DNA from: Azolla caroliniana | Taxonomy: Eukaryota; Plantae; Polypodiophyta | Direction: 5' to 3' | NCBI GenBank assembly: GCA_043228905.1 | Contig: JBHGNT010000008.1 | Span: 20,026,001-20,090,000, forward strand | Length of the DNA stretch: 64,000 bases | Part shown: piece by piece, positions 1 through 12,800 of the stretch | Layout of the letters: each line of letters begins with the position of its first letter | How positions within the stretch are numbered: the first letter of the stretch is position 1 | Made by a program: the position numbers and the translations under genes | Notes under the pieces: generated by a model | Database searches by the model: none | Seen by the model: the letters and a program-made list of their open reading frames with translations, nothing else | Told to the model about the DNA's origin: nothing

Positions 1-687
1 TTATCGCGCAAGGGCGCCGTGAAGGGAGGATGTTTATCCTCGACACCAATCAAGCTGGAACAACGTTGTTCGCTAGAGGACAGAAGGTCGAGTCGGACAT
101 CGATCTATGGCACAAGCGGTTCGGCCAAGTTAACTTCCCATGGCAAATGCAGACGAAGAACATTGTTTTCAACTTGACGAAATTTCGGGGCCGTAATGGC
201 CAAGTCTGCGAAGCCTGCCAATTCGGGAAGCAACACTGACTTCCATTCCCCAATGAGCGTAATCGTAGTTGATATCCGTTGGATTTGATCCATTCAGATA
301 TGTGGGGACCGGCATAGAATCTGAGTCTCGGTGGAAGCCGTTACTTCGTAACCTTCATCGATGACGTCACTCGACATACCTGGGCATGCTTAATCGTGAA
401 AAAGAGCAAAGTCTTTGTGTGGTTCTTGAAGGTGAAAAACCTTGCGAAAAGGGAAACAGGGTGTAGGATCAAGTGCCTCCGGTCCGATGGCGGGACAAAG
501 TACTTCTCCGTCCAATTCACGAGTTATCTATAGAAGGAGGGAATTTGACGCGAATTCTCATGTAGATATACGCCGGAGCAGAACGGCGGAGTCGAGCAGA
601 AGAATCGGATGATCGAAGAAGCCACTAGGGCAATGCTTGAAGAGAAGCATATGGCGAAGTTTTACTGGGCTGAAGCCATAAGGACGA

Positions 688-1213
688 CTTTTTATTTGCA
701 GAATTAGACTTCTGCTAATGGAGGAGTGTCGCCACATGAGTTATATTTCGGAAAAAAGCTGAACTTTGCACACTTGAGTATTTTCGGCAACATTGCATAT
801 GTGCATGTGCCGAAGGAGAAGAGGAGGAAGTTGGACGTCAAAGCCGAGAAGTGTATCTTGGTCGGCTATTCAAACGAGCAGAAGGGGTATAAGTGCTATA
901 ACCCCTAGACAAAGGAAGTTCACGTAAGTCGAGATGTCGTGTTCGACAAGTTTTTTATTTGCAGAATTAGACTTCTGCTAATGGAGGAGTGTCGCCACAT
1001 GAGTTATATTTCGGAAAAAAGCTGAACTTTGCACACTTGAGTATTTTCGGCAACATTGCATATGTGCATGTGCCGAAGGAGAAGAGGAGGAAGTTGGACG
1101 TCAAAGCCGAGAAGTGTATCTTGGTCGGCTATTCAAACGAGCAGAAGGGGTATAAGTGCTATAACCCCTAGACAAAGGAAGTTCACGTAAGTCGAGATGT
1201 CGTGTTCGACAAG
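688..1213 (+). repeat. Tandem duplication, 2 x 263 bp, inside the copia integrase C-terminus
   Basis: Identical ORFs 726..908 and 989..1171 (offset 263); no differences seen by eye. Confidence 0.95.
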
Positions 1214-2212
1214 TCCGCTTCGTGGTACTTACCTTCACCTCCAATACCTCATGATTCCATTCTGAATTTTGAAGAAGAGGTCAGCGAGGCAGAGATGCTT
1301 CTGCCTGATGAGGATATCGAAGCTCTAACAGAGAATCCGATCTCATTTCGGCTAAGTGGGCCGAATGAGGGGTTGGGTCGAGATGGCCAACCAAATGAAG
1401 AGGCGACGAGTTGTGGAGACTCGGTCGTGTTGTCCCCGCATAAACAACCGAGGAAACGTTTTAAGTGTAAAGGAAAAGGGAAGAAGAAAATGTTCGAATA
1501 CTATTTCGGCAGTGCCGAGTCAAACTAGACCGAGTCAGATTTCGAACCAATCGAAAAGGAATCTCCATGGAAGAAATCGGCCGCGTAAAGTCTCAACTTG
1601 CGGCATTGTTCGAAATGAAGGATCTTGGCGACCTTCATTACTTCCTCGAGATCGAAGTGATCCGTTCCCCTGAAGGCATATTGATGAGTCAACGTCATTA
1701 TGCGCTGAATATGCTCTTCAAGTTCGGGATGGTAGATTGTAAGCCCATCTTGACCCCTCTAGATAGAAACGTAAAGCTTCGCTGAGATTCGGGAAAGGTG
1801 TGCGACCCGACATGGTGTCGTGAAGATTTTCGGCAATGGTGTGAAAATCGCATAAAACATACGAAATCAAGTATGAATAATATAAAACAATAATAGTAAA
1901 AATACTATTTTAATATCTTGGTACAAAAAGATGGAGGTCTTCAAGAGCTTTCGAATGCACTTTACTACATAACAAGCGGACATGTAAATCTCAAGTTATG
2001 TGGGTAGGAAGTTTGCAAAGGAAAAGAGAAAGATAAAACTGTGAGATATCCCACATAGATAGGACAAATAAGGATCCCACCTTATATAAGGCAGAGCAAA
2101 AGTTATTGTCTTTGTGTCTATGTGTGGAGCATAGAGAGTTCAAGGTGACTTGACCTAAGTTAATTGGATGAGTGGGTGTGGGCTAGCTACTTGTAAAAGT
2201 TTTTGACCAACC

Positions 2213-2697
2213 AAAACCGGCGGCAACTGGTGATGGAGCCGGTGAATCGACGACGGAGCCGGTAAGCTGGCGGCGACCGGCCGGTTACCGGCAAGCAACT
2301 CGGGATGCGAACCGAACCGGATTGGGACAGACCAAACAGATGCAAAATCGGCGGCAACTGGTGACGGAGCCGGTAAGCTGCAAGTGACCGGCCAGTTACT
2401 AGCAAGCAACTCGGGATGCGAATCGAACTGGATTGGGACGGACCAAACGGATGCAAAATCGGCGGCAACTGGTGACGGAGCCGGTAAGCTGGCGGCGACC
2501 GGCCGGTTACCGGCAAACAACTCGGGATGCGAACCGAACCGGATTGGGACGGACCAAACGGATGCAAAATCGGCGGCAACTGGTGATGGAGCCGGTGAGC
2601 TGACGGCGACCGGCCGGTTACCGGCAAGCAACTCGAGATGCGAACCGAACCGGATTGGGATGCGGATTGGGCCGGACCAAACGTATGCAAATCCGAC
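2213..2697. repeat. GC-rich 111-bp tandem repeat (~4 copies) within the solo LTR
   Basis: AAAATCGGCGGCAACTGG recurs at 2344, 2455 and 2566, with a variant near 2213. Confidence 0.9.
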
Positions 2698-2795
2698 GGA
2701 TCAATCGGGTTAGTTGATCGCGATGCATGGTGTCTTAAAGATATTTGGTTCAATAGCCTAATAGTATTTTGTGCATAAAAGAAAAAGATGTAAGC

Positions 2796-2850
2796 AAGAC
2801 TCGAACTAAACGCCTCCAAGATAGGAAGGAGTAGGCTTACCATTAAGCCA
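2796..2850 (-). promoter_or_regulatory. tRNA-like Pol III box A/box B cassette in LTR U3
   Basis: Minus strand TGGCTTAATGGTAAGCC (D-stem GCTT/AAGC) ... GGAGGCGTTTAGTTCGAGTCT; T8 at 2850 to G53 at 2806 = 44 nt. Confidence 0.75.
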
Positions 2851-3266
2851 AACCATTTCTTTAGGGATTATATTTTTATCATTATAGCTTTACATGTAAA
2901 TTCTTATGTGTGAGAGCTTAGATGATGACATGGCAAGCATGCATTTCATGCATTTCGTGCATGTCTTGCACCGTCACATGCACCATATGCATGGGGGCAT
3001 CTATAAAAGAGTGGAGGAATCAAGAAAAAGGGGAGTTCTTTATTATCAAGGGAGCTTTGTACTTTATATCAAAATTAATATTAAGAAGAAAATTGGTTAT
3101 CCAATTGATGTATTAATCTTGTTCTTCAAATCTAAAGTCAAGAGTTCAATCTAATCTCTCTCAATCTAAAGTCAAGCATTCTATTTTATCTCAATCTCTC
3201 TCTCTCAATCTATCTTAAATCCTTTCTCGCTAAAGCTAGTGCATACTTCGAGTCCTTCCGGTCTAG

Positions 3267-3800
3267 AACCCCAGCGGTTTCGCCTCACGATCCGCGCGTA
3301 GTGACGGATCTTCACGACAACGGTTTCGACAGATTGTTGGAAGCCTCATCTACTAGATGATCACTCGGCCGGACCTCAACTATCCTGTCGGAATGATCAG
3401 ACAATTTATGTCGCAGTCCACGGCCGAACACCTTCAGTGTGCGCAAAGGATATTACGATATGTCAACGGCACGAAAGACATGGCGTTGTTGTATCGTGTA
3501 AATGTAGCCGAGCAATTAGTCAGCTAAACCCTAAACCCTAAACCCCGGCGGTTCCGCCTCACGATCCGCGTGTAGTGACGGATCTTCATGACAACGGTTT
3601 CGACAAATTGTTGGAAGCCTCATCTACTAGACAATCACTCGGCCGGACCTCAATTATCCGGTCGGAATGATCAGACAATTTATGTCGCAGTCCACGGCCG
3701 AACACCTTCAATGTGCGCAAAGGATATTACGATATGTCAGCGGCACGAAAGACATGGCGTTGTTGTATCGTGTAGACGTAGTTGAGCAATTAGTTAGCTA
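3267..3800 (+). repeat. Diverged ~260-bp tandem duplication (LTR end plus RT) with (CTAAACC)3 at the junction
   Basis: 3267-3526 is repeated at ~3541-3800 with scattered transitions; plant telomere repeat at 3524-3545. Confidence 0.9.
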
Positions 3801-5185
3801 GACGGATGCCGATTGGGCTGGAAATGCCCACTATTGTAGATCCACATCCGGATAGGCATTCTCATTGGGAAGTGCGGTGATATCGTGGAGTAGTATGAAG
3901 CAGCCGACAATAGCACTATTTTACACAAAGGCCGAATATCGAGGGGCGACAATCACTACATGCGAAGTCATTTGGCTGAAATAGTTATTAGAGGATCTGC
4001 ACATAGAGGTGTCCGATCCAACGACGATCTACTGCGACAACCTCAGCAACATCCACCTTTGCGAAAAACCCTGTATTCCACGCTCGAACCAAGCACATTG
4101 AGGTGCATTACCATTTTGTCCGTGAGCGTGTCCTTTCTGGTGAAGTCGAACTAGCGTATGTTTCGACGGGTAGGTAGATTGCCGACATCTTCACCAAGCG
4201 CCTTGGTCTTGACAAGTCACGACATTTCTCAGTTGAGCTGGGTTTGCGACAGCTCGACATGCTGAACTTGAGGGGGAGACAGGAATAGGAACATGAGTGT
4301 GAAAGGAGTGGTACTAACCGTGATGCCAAATTGGATGAAGAATTTGATTTCGGGCCGGTTGAAGAAGCCGAAGAAGAAAATAGGGGCCGTATTCACAAGG
4401 AAGAGCCGAAGACAACCAAATAAAGGGGAAACAAAGCCAAGAAAGGCGTAAAGGCCAAGACTAAGACATGGTCGGACGTAGTTAAGGGTTTGAAGACAGA
4501 AGACGAATTGGAGACAACCAATTCGGGTGAAAGCGGGAATGAATCAGAAATGTTCGATTCGGATACGCCGAGTCAACTGAGGGTCAAGCGGAGAAAAGGG
4601 TAGCGAAAGAGGCGCCAACACCCCGACAGCAAGGGAGCTGAGAAAGGCCGCATGAGCAGACAAGCCGACCGAAAGGGTCGAAGCGCATGGAATCGAACGG
4701 GGGTTGAGGAGCGTGAGTGAGGTGTGAAGCCAGGAGGGGCCGGAGCGAAGATCCGGAATAGCATATGGAACCTCAAATTGAGCTTGAGGGGGAGTGTTGA
4801 GAGACGAGCTCAACATTGGGTGTGTAAACGGGTGCATAACCCAGTGCGTAGACTAGGTGCGTAAAACCGTACGCAAAATATGGCCATAGTGGTATGTGAA
4901 CGGAGAGGCTGTTAGAATGTTATTCCTCGTAAGGAATAATTTTGGGGGTAAGTGTAGGATGCTCATTTATGAGCGGTCAGGTACTGTAAGTACTTGTGTT
5001 AGCCCAATAGTCAAGGCCTGTATAAAAAGGTGCTCACTTAGCACGAAGAATGTACAGAGAACATACAGAGAATTATTTTTGAATATAGTTACGTTTTCTG
5101 CTCTCTCTCCCTCCCTTTCCTTCTCTATGATTTCTGTGTTTTATCGAATTGTCATAATTCCAAACCGTGTACTCAGTGTCTTACG

Positions 5186-6020
5186 CATAATGGAAAGGGT
5201 AAGAAGCATGTTGTCAGATACAAAATTGTCGAAGTCGTATTGGGTTGAGGCAATGTTATAAACAGGTCTCCCTCAGTGCCTCTAAAGCGTAATGTCCCAC
5301 AAAGGGCATGGACAGGAAGAAGTGTGTCTTACCAACATTTAAGGGTGTTCGGATGCTTAGCTTACATGCATGTTGCTAAAGATTAGAGGTCAAAGCTAGA
5401 CAACAATTCCAAGCCTTGCATATTCTTGGGGTACTCGGAAGATGAGTTCGGGTACAAGATGTGGGATCTTCTTGATAGGAAGGTGGTAAGGAGCCTTGAT
5501 GTTGTTTTCATGGAAGACAAGACGATTGAAGACTGGAGATAGCAAAAACCAGTGTCGTCTCCCCAGTCGACTACAGTTGTGGAGTCAGCACTAGTCGATC
5601 CCGCTTCCACACAACCAGTCAGCAGACAACAATCAGCTGATGAAGCCGAATTTGAGTTGGCTGACACACAACAGCAGGCTGATGCACATGAATTTGAGTA
5701 GGAAGATGAGCTAGTAGAAAAAACTGAATCTGAGTCGGTTGCTGAAGGAAGAAGATATCCTCTAAGAAGAAGGACGACCTCCTCTCGGTATCCAACCAAT
5801 CAATATGTTCTCTTGACGGATGAAAGGGAACCAGAATGCTATGATGAAGCCATGACTGATGTATACAAGGAGAGGTGGTACAGTTCCATGCAAGAGGAAA
5901 TGGATTCCTTGCATGAGAACCACACCTATGAGCTAATGGAGCTGCCTGATGGAAAGAAGGCACTTAGAAACAAATAGGTATACAAATCAAAGATTGGAGA
6001 AGATAACAAATGGATCTTTC
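5186..6020 (+). pseudogene. Older Tnt1-like copia fragment (IN C-terminus to RT start), target of the element above
   Basis: IMERVRSML..KL.KSYW, VFGCLAYMH, PCIFLGYSEDEFGY, SMQEEMDSLHENHTYEL with stops. Confidence 0.85.
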
Positions 6021-6317
6021 CATTTAAGGTATCATTCACTATTGCCTTTATTTATTTTCCTTCGTTTTGATCTAGTGTGCCCATTTTGTGATTTCCTTAG
6101 CTTTGTGAAATCTAGCTTTATTGCATTTGCCATCCCTTTAACATGTCACTATATCATGACATTGCCAATCTACAATTTGAGATTCTAATTCTCTCAATTA
6201 TATAAAAAACACTTCATAATAATTCAAAATCATAGTTAGAAAAATTAGGCTTAATTATGGAGAACAAATTTAAATCTAATATGATCATAATTAGAAAATG
6301 AATCTTGTGATTCAATC

Positions 6318-7545
6318 TAGCTATGGGCCCAATTTGGTTTGGTTTTTTGGCCTGAAACCAAACCAAACAACGTAAAAATTACCAAACCATTTAGAACCAA
6401 GCCATTTAAACCAAAGTGTTTATAAAGTCGGTGAAATAGAGCCGTTTAAACAAAACCATTTATAAAAAATTGGGAACCAAACAAAACCAAACCAAACCAA
6501 ACCATCATAAATCAAAACCAAACAAAACCATCTAATCCTAATAAATCGAAACTAAACCCACCCATTAAACCCAGAATCCATTTAAACCATTATGATATAA
6601 AATAATTTGTTAAACTATTAAGTTGAAATTCAAGCCATTAAATTGGAAATTATATTGTTAAACTAGATTGACATTGCTAAACCAAACTTTCTCATAAAAA
6701 ACCATAAAGTTAAACTAGATGTAGAGTGTTAAACCATAAAAATTATAATATCTCTCTCATTGAAAAAAAGAAACAAGAAATTAAACCATGTATATATTGT
6801 TAAACTAAATAATCACAAAGTATTTCCCTTTGAAAAAAATATGTCTTGAACTACTTTCATGTCTTGGATCTCGAATTACAACTTGCATTGTCATTCTTTT
6901 GTGAAGAAGTAACATGATTCCTATACGTGCAAAATACGTAAAATAATAACTTACTAGTAATAAAAAATTAAATAAAATTCAAATAAAAAACAAATGAATA
7001 AAAAGTATCCATTGGAAAAGGTATAATGGCTTCGTATATCTCCGGTTGCAACTTGTATTGTCTTTTTGTTGTGAAGAAGTAACATGATTCTTTTACGTAT
7101 AAAATACGTACAATAATTACTTATTAGTCATAAAAAATAATAATTAAAGAATCAAACTAAAAATAAAATAGTAAAAAGTATGCACACCTCGTAATATGTA
7201 ACCTATTACCACATCTTCATCAACAAGATCATCCAAATTAATTTTTAGTTCTTCATAAACTTCATGAAAATGATTTGTGATTAGACATTAGATTCTTGTA
7301 AAACTTCTATTCATGATCAAATACATATTTTGTCTTTGAATATGCACGAACGTAGTTTGCTCTTGTAATCAAAGGTCATTCTTGTGCTAAATTAGCCTCT
7401 TCAATAGGTATTGATGATATTGGTATAGTAAGGTAATTACATGCCATCCTATATAGTTGTGGCATTGCAAATTTATTATCATGCCACCATTGTAAAGGAT
7501 CCTTGTCCATGGCAGCTAAAGGAAGTCTTATGAAGTACTCAAATT
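6318..7545 (-). mobile_element. hAT DNA transposon remnant: C-terminal dimerisation domain plus 3' subterminal region
   Basis: Minus ~7530-7390 translates DKDPLQWWHDNKFAMPQLYRMACNYLTIPISSIPIEE. Dense AAACC subterminal motifs at 6335-6600; ~170-bp duplicated block at 6875-7180. Confidence 0.7.
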
Positions 7546-7859
7546 TGATCATAAATAAGAAACAAGGCTTTTATTATTTACACCCATTAACCTCCAAAAT
7601 TTACTACTATTATCATTTGGATGCATTGTGGTTAAAGGTGGTTCGACATCACTCAAGAATGGACTCAATCATCCTTTCAACCAACTATTCTTCATCCTAG
7701 GTAAGTAGTAATTAACGACTCCATTGTAGATGATCCGACTTGGTAGGCCTTGGCGGGTTGCCAAATTACAATACCCTTAAGTGGATTGTTAAATTTAGTA
7801 CGTCGGTTCAAAGAAACCTTGGCAGCAATTGGGCCAAAAGATGAACTAATGACTGTGCC

Positions 7860-8081
7860 AATTAACTATACACATTCAAGTAAAGGACCGACAATACTGG
7901 ATGAGCAACATCAACAATAAAAGTGATTATTAATGGTAAGCAGATACTTGAAAGTCTAATAGATGGTAGGTTAGGTGTTAACGTCATAAGCAAAGGAACT
8001 TGTAATTGCCTTGAAATCCAAGATTGGAAGTTTGTCCATTCTGGCTTTGGATGGTTTACACAAGATCCATTCGACCACTCA
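7860..8081 (+). pseudogene. Gypsy aspartic protease fragment
   Basis: IINGKQILESLIDGRLGVNVISKGTC..LEIQDW / CPFWLWMVYTRSIRPL, resembling a retropepsin D-G-G-S-G-V-N motif. Confidence 0.65.
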
Positions 8082-8197
8082 GGGTTTGCCTTACGGCTTT
8101 GCAAGGAGTGCGGGCCGGTATACCGCTTGAATATGGAGCACGTCCACTCTTGATAGCAATGGCCCCCCCTGAACCCATTGCTATCGTAGATGTAACC

Positions 8198-8255
8198 AAG
8201 ACTTCCTAGGAGGTCACCCATCCCAGTACTGTTCTGGCTCACGCACGCTTAACTT
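8198..8255 (-). ncRNA. 5S rRNA-derived fragment (internal control region only; not a full gene)
   Basis: Minus strand AAGTTAAGCGTGCGTGAGCCAGAACAGTACTGGGATGGGTGACCTCCTAGGAAGTCTT, closely matching recalled plant 5S AGTTAAGCGTGCTTGGGCGAGAGTAGTACTAGGATGGGTGACCTCCTGGGAAGTCCT. Confidence 0.9.
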
Positions 8256-8289
8256 GGAATGATTGAAGCATCCAAACAACCATAAAACT

Positions 8290-8887
8290 GATGGCATTTC
8301 CTCTTTAAGGCCTTTAAAAAGCATCCTTTCTCCCTTAGGAATACTGTTATCCATAAGCATAAAAACAAATCTTCCTTTACACCTACCATATTCAACCTTA
8401 GGTACTCTAAAAACTCCCCTAAATTAGGCATCCACTCGTTTTTACAAGACTTACATGATGACCTTTAGATTCCCAACCATAAGACATTCCTAAGCTTTTT
8501 ATATGTTGGACCAAGTCCAAATCACTCTATTCTCATCTAGTCCAAACTAAATATATTATATCCCAAAATCCCCATTAAAACATCACACTTATTGTTGCTA
8601 TCTATCTATTAGAACTAAATATAATAGATCCCCAAATCATCCATTCCCATCAAACTCATCAGGCTAGCCCTCTCTACATTCACTACTTCCTTAACTCCCA
8701 TATCCTCCTTTATACACATTCAAAACCCCTCTCTCCCTCATCCATCCCCACCACTCCCCTTCTCTCTTCTTTCATCTTCCCTTATATAACCCTCTCACAA
8801 TTCTGTATATGGTTTTTAGCATTGATGAGCTCATATAGAGCGAAACATGTTTGCCAAAACGACCTTTTTTTTACATAAATTGAAATT

Positions 8888-8941
<54 letters not shown>

Positions 8942-9213
8942 CTCCCCCACTATTCTCTTTTATACTATTCTTTAGGTACCATACTATTTAACCTAATTAT
9001 TCAACCACCGAAGGTTATACGCTCACACTCCTTGCTTAGGCCATAAGGCCCACAACTACTAAAGATTCGACATATCACATGGAGGTTCATTCACCGGAGA
9101 TAGGAACCCACAATGGATCTGCCTCGACAATGTTTGGGCAACCATCTAGTGAAGAGTTCCCTTAGCCCACGGAAATGACGTTTGCAACGATGGCATCCGC
9201 TACACCAACCCCT
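8290..9213 (+). mobile_element. Penelope-like element (PLE): RT C-terminal remnant, 3' UTR with hammerhead, and start of the next unit
   Basis: HFLFKAFKKHPFSLRNTVIHKHKNKSSFTPTIFNLRYSKNSPKLGIHSFL resembles the PLE thumb/linker region after RGYP. Hammerhead at 8813; (CT)n at 8894-8938. Confidence 0.6.
8813..8860 (+). ncRNA. Minimal type-I hammerhead ribozyme, degenerate
   Basis: TTTTAGCA-TTGATGA-GCTC-ATATA-GAGC-GAAA-CATG-TT-TGCCAAAA. Stem I 7/8 paired, stem II perfect, palindromic ACATGT stem III; two C>T lesions (CTGA>TTGA and GTC>GTT). Confidence 0.75.
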
Positions 9214-9808
9214 TGTTGGGAGACAGGTCCCTCCGGATGGGAAGGAAGAAGAACAGTGCTGACAGAACCGGATGAGGAGTACTTGGCTACGGAGAGCCGG
9301 ATGGTGCAGACCTGGTGAGGAGTGCTCATTGGATGAAGAGACATATTCGTAAATATGTTTCTGAGAGTCCATCATGGCTATATTTGTAAATAGCCGAAAA
9401 GTCATATTAGTATAAATATGAGTTAGGGCAAACTTTTAGTGCAGTAGTTGTCATTCTTGTTTGCGCAAGATCAGAGCACGTAACAGTGTACAGAGAGAGA
9501 GAGAGAGAGAGAGAGGAAGAGGTCGTTGCCTCTGTTGTAACCGCCGCCAGTGGCGAAGGTCGTGAGCGCGAGGTCGTTGGCTCCGTGAGCTCATTGTTGT
9601 AATTATTGTGACATAGTGATAGTTAGTAGTCAGTGGACTGCCGTGGTTTTTCCCTCTCAGGGTTTTCCGTAAATATGTTTCTGAGAGTCCATCATGGCTA
9701 TATTTGTAAATAGCCGAAAAGTCATATTAGTATAAATATGAGTTAGGGCAAACTTTTAGTGCAGTAGTTGTCATTCTTGTTTGCGCAAGATCAGAGCACG
9801 TAACAGTG

Positions 9809-9864
<56 letters not shown>

Positions 9865-12800
9865 GAGGTCGTTGCCTCTGTTGTAACCGCCGCCAGTGGC
9901 GAAGGTCGTGAGCGCGAGGTCGTTGCCTCCGTGAGCTCATTGTTGTAATTATTGTGACATAGTGATAGTTAGTAGTCAGTGGACTGCCGTGGTTTTTCCC
10001 TCTCAGGGTTTTCCACGTTAAACATCCTGTGTACTCTTCTCTCCATTGTGTCGTGTTTTCATTTCCCGTTTTTTCTGTGTATGATTCTAAGCTCGGTTGT
10101 GGCCGAGCGTTGCGTATAGGGAGCGTGCAGTTCCTGACAAGTGGTATTAGAGCGAAACGACACAGAAAATGGACGATTCGTTGGGAGGCATGTTCAAGCT
10201 CACCGGCTCCAACTATTCGGTATGGAATTCGAAGATGAGGGACATGCTCGTGGTTAAAGATCTTTGGTTGCCGGTTCAGTTTGGGGACAAGAGACCGGAC
10301 AAAATCGACGCCACGATATGGGAGGTGATGCACATGAAGACACTGGCTTACATACGGTGCTTCATCGACATGAGCCTATACAACAACTTCAATGAAGAGA
10401 GCAATGCTCATGAGTTCTGGGAGAAGATCGACATTATGTTTCAAAACAAAAATGCTGTTAATCAGGTTTCGGTATTCCGGAAGCTAGTAAGACTCCGGTA
10501 CCAAGATGGCTCCAGCATGGTGAATCAAATGAATGCCTTACGGGGGCTGATCCACTAGGCAACATCATTGGAAGTACCTCTCGCTGATGAGGGGCTAGCA
10601 CTACTCTTGCTCGGTTCCCTCCCAGATAGCTGGGAGATGTTGGTTGTCACCTTGGGCAACGCCAGGCCGGAAGGGAAACGGTTATCCCTAGCAAGAGTAA
10701 AGTCGAGCTTGCTAGATGAGGAGGCGCGTTGGAAAGATAAAGATATGAGCTCCGACTCCAAAGCGCTCCTTACCGAATCGGAACATGGAAGACAAGGAAA
10801 CCGTAGTCCCCAGAACCGGGAAAAGTCGGGGACACGGTCGAAGTCAAGGGGGAGACCTACTTGCTTCTATTGCGGCAAGCCGGGACACTTCCAGAAGAAC
10901 TGTTGGCATTTCTGGAAAGACAAGGAAACCGACGGTACCAATTCGAAGCGGACACCGGACCGGAACGGTAAAGACCGGAAGGGGCCGGACCGGAAGGGGA
11001 CGATGGCAATTGCGGCAAGTGAAGAAGAGTTGATGCTCATCACTGAGGAGAGTGAGATAAACCTTGTCGGCGACGATATGACTTGGGTGGTCGACTCCGG
11101 AGTGTCGTTCCACCTTACCCCGGACCGGAAATGCTTCTCATCCTACTCAGCCGGTGATCACGGCTGTGTCCGGCATAGGAGACGTGTTGTTGAAAACATC
11201 AACCGGATGCAAGCTGTTGATGAAGGATGTTCGACACGTTCCGGAGGTTCGTCGGAATCTGATATCAACCGGTCGGCTAGTTGATGAAGGCTACACGGGT
11301 AGCATCCGGAACGGTGTTATGAAGTTCAGCAAATGGAGCCTGATTGTGGCTCGGTTCCGGAAGGTAAACACGTTGTACCTGATGAATGCCCGGTTATGTC
11401 CGGAGGAATTGAACGTGGCATCCGACACTGCCGGTGAGCTGTGGCACAAAAGGCTGTGTCACATGAGCGAGAAGGGGATGAAGAGGCTTGCAGATGACAA
11501 CCTCATTCCAATGAAGAATGTGCACTTGGAGAACTGCACGGATTGTCTGGCCGGTAAGAAAAACCGAACCTCCTTCTGACCAAGACCACCGATGAGACGT
11601 AATGCACCACTGGAGTTGGTGCATACTGATGTGTGTCAAGTGGACACGAAGTCACATGCTGGAGCACAGTACTTCGTGACGTTCATAGATGACCACAACC
11701 GGAAGCTGTGGGCCACACCGCTAAAGACGAAGGATCAGGTGCTATCCGTCTTCAAAGAGCTCCACGCGAGAGTGGAAAGAGAAACCGGCCGGAAGTTGAA
11801 GGCAGTTTGAGCAGATAACAGAGGAGAATACCGGGTGTAGTTCAAGGAGCACTGCTGCTCGAAGGGAATCTGACTCGAATTTACCGTGCCGAAGACGCCG
11901 GAACTAAACGGGCTAGCCGAGAGGATGAACCAGACCATAATGGAGAGGGTTCGGAGTATGCTAGCGTATGCAAAACTATCCAAGAAGTTTTGGGCTAAGG
12001 CATTGTCGACGACGACACATGTGATAAACAGATCACCCTCAGTACCCTTGGACGGAGATACGCCACAGAGAGTATGGACCGGTAAGGAAGTATCCTACCG
12101 GCATCTGAAGGTGTTCGGGTGTCTCGCGTACATGCATGTAGCTAAGGACCGGAGAGGAAAGTTAGATCCAAAGACTCGGCCGTGCATATTCCTCGGTTAC
12201 GGCAACGATGAGTTCGGCTACCGAGTGTGGGACCCGGTCGACAAGAAGGTATTCCGGAGTCGAGATATTATCTTCATGGAGAACAAGACGCTAGCCGACT
12301 GGGAGTCGGAGAAGAAGATAATGAACTACGAGTCGACTGGTAAGGATCGACTCTACGATGAGCAGACCCAACTGGCAAGAGACTGGTTAGCACTCGAGGG
12401 ACCAGCCGGTTACGGTGAGGATACCGAACAGGCTGAAGAAGAAGTAGAGGAAGCTGAAACCGGAACCGGCCAAGACCCCGAATCGGATTCGGATGAAGAG
12501 AAAATGGAGGAGCCGGTTACCGAAGCCCGAAGACGGAGATATCCTCTCAGAGAGAGAAGGGCTCCCCGGAGATTTCCGGATGCAGAGCATGTTCTGCTGA
12601 CCGATGAGGGGGAGACGGAAAGCTTCGAAGAAGTGAAGGATGACACCCACAACTGCAAATGGTTAAGTGCCATGCAAGATGAGATGGATTCCCTGCATGA
12701 GAACCATACGTACGAATTGGTGGAGTTTTAGAAAGGAAAGCGGGCACTCCGAAACAAGCGGGTGTACAAGTTGAAACCGGGAGATGCTGGCAACCCCCCG

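Larger units (their letters stand above)
1816..3319 (+). mobile_element. Solo LTR of the Trp-type gypsy group inserted in copia RT
   Basis: Termini TGTCGTGAAGAT...ATCTTCACGACA; 4-bp TSD ATGG/ACGG. Removing it restores D-P-T-R-F-R-Q-I-V-G-S-L. The CATG-rich core and CTATAAAAG (~3001) are homologous to the LTR at 17961. Confidence 0.9.
1..5185 (+). mobile_element. Decayed Ty1/copia element (GAG-pre-integrase, IN, RT, RNase H, 3' LTR); 5' part lies outside the window
   Basis: LWHKRFG..CEACQFGKQH, IHSDMWG, KCILVGYS..KGYKCY, FEMKDLG.LHYFL, KHIEVHYHFVRE motifs with many stops. PPT AGCTTGAGGGGGAG at 4781-4794; LTR starts TGTTGAG at 4795. The LTR end (~5185) is approximate. Confidence 0.9.

Noticed and set aside
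688-1213. Biological significance of the perfect 263-bp duplication
   Set aside because: Identical copies within a decayed element may be an assembly artefact or a neutral recent event.
2155-2843. Repeat-protein ORFs (37-aa units)
   Set aside because: By-products of a GC-rich 111-bp tandem repeat inside an LTR; open in several frames on both strands.
8198-8255. 5S rRNA gene
   Set aside because: Only about half of the gene; the 5' ~48 nt and the 3' end with terminator are absent.
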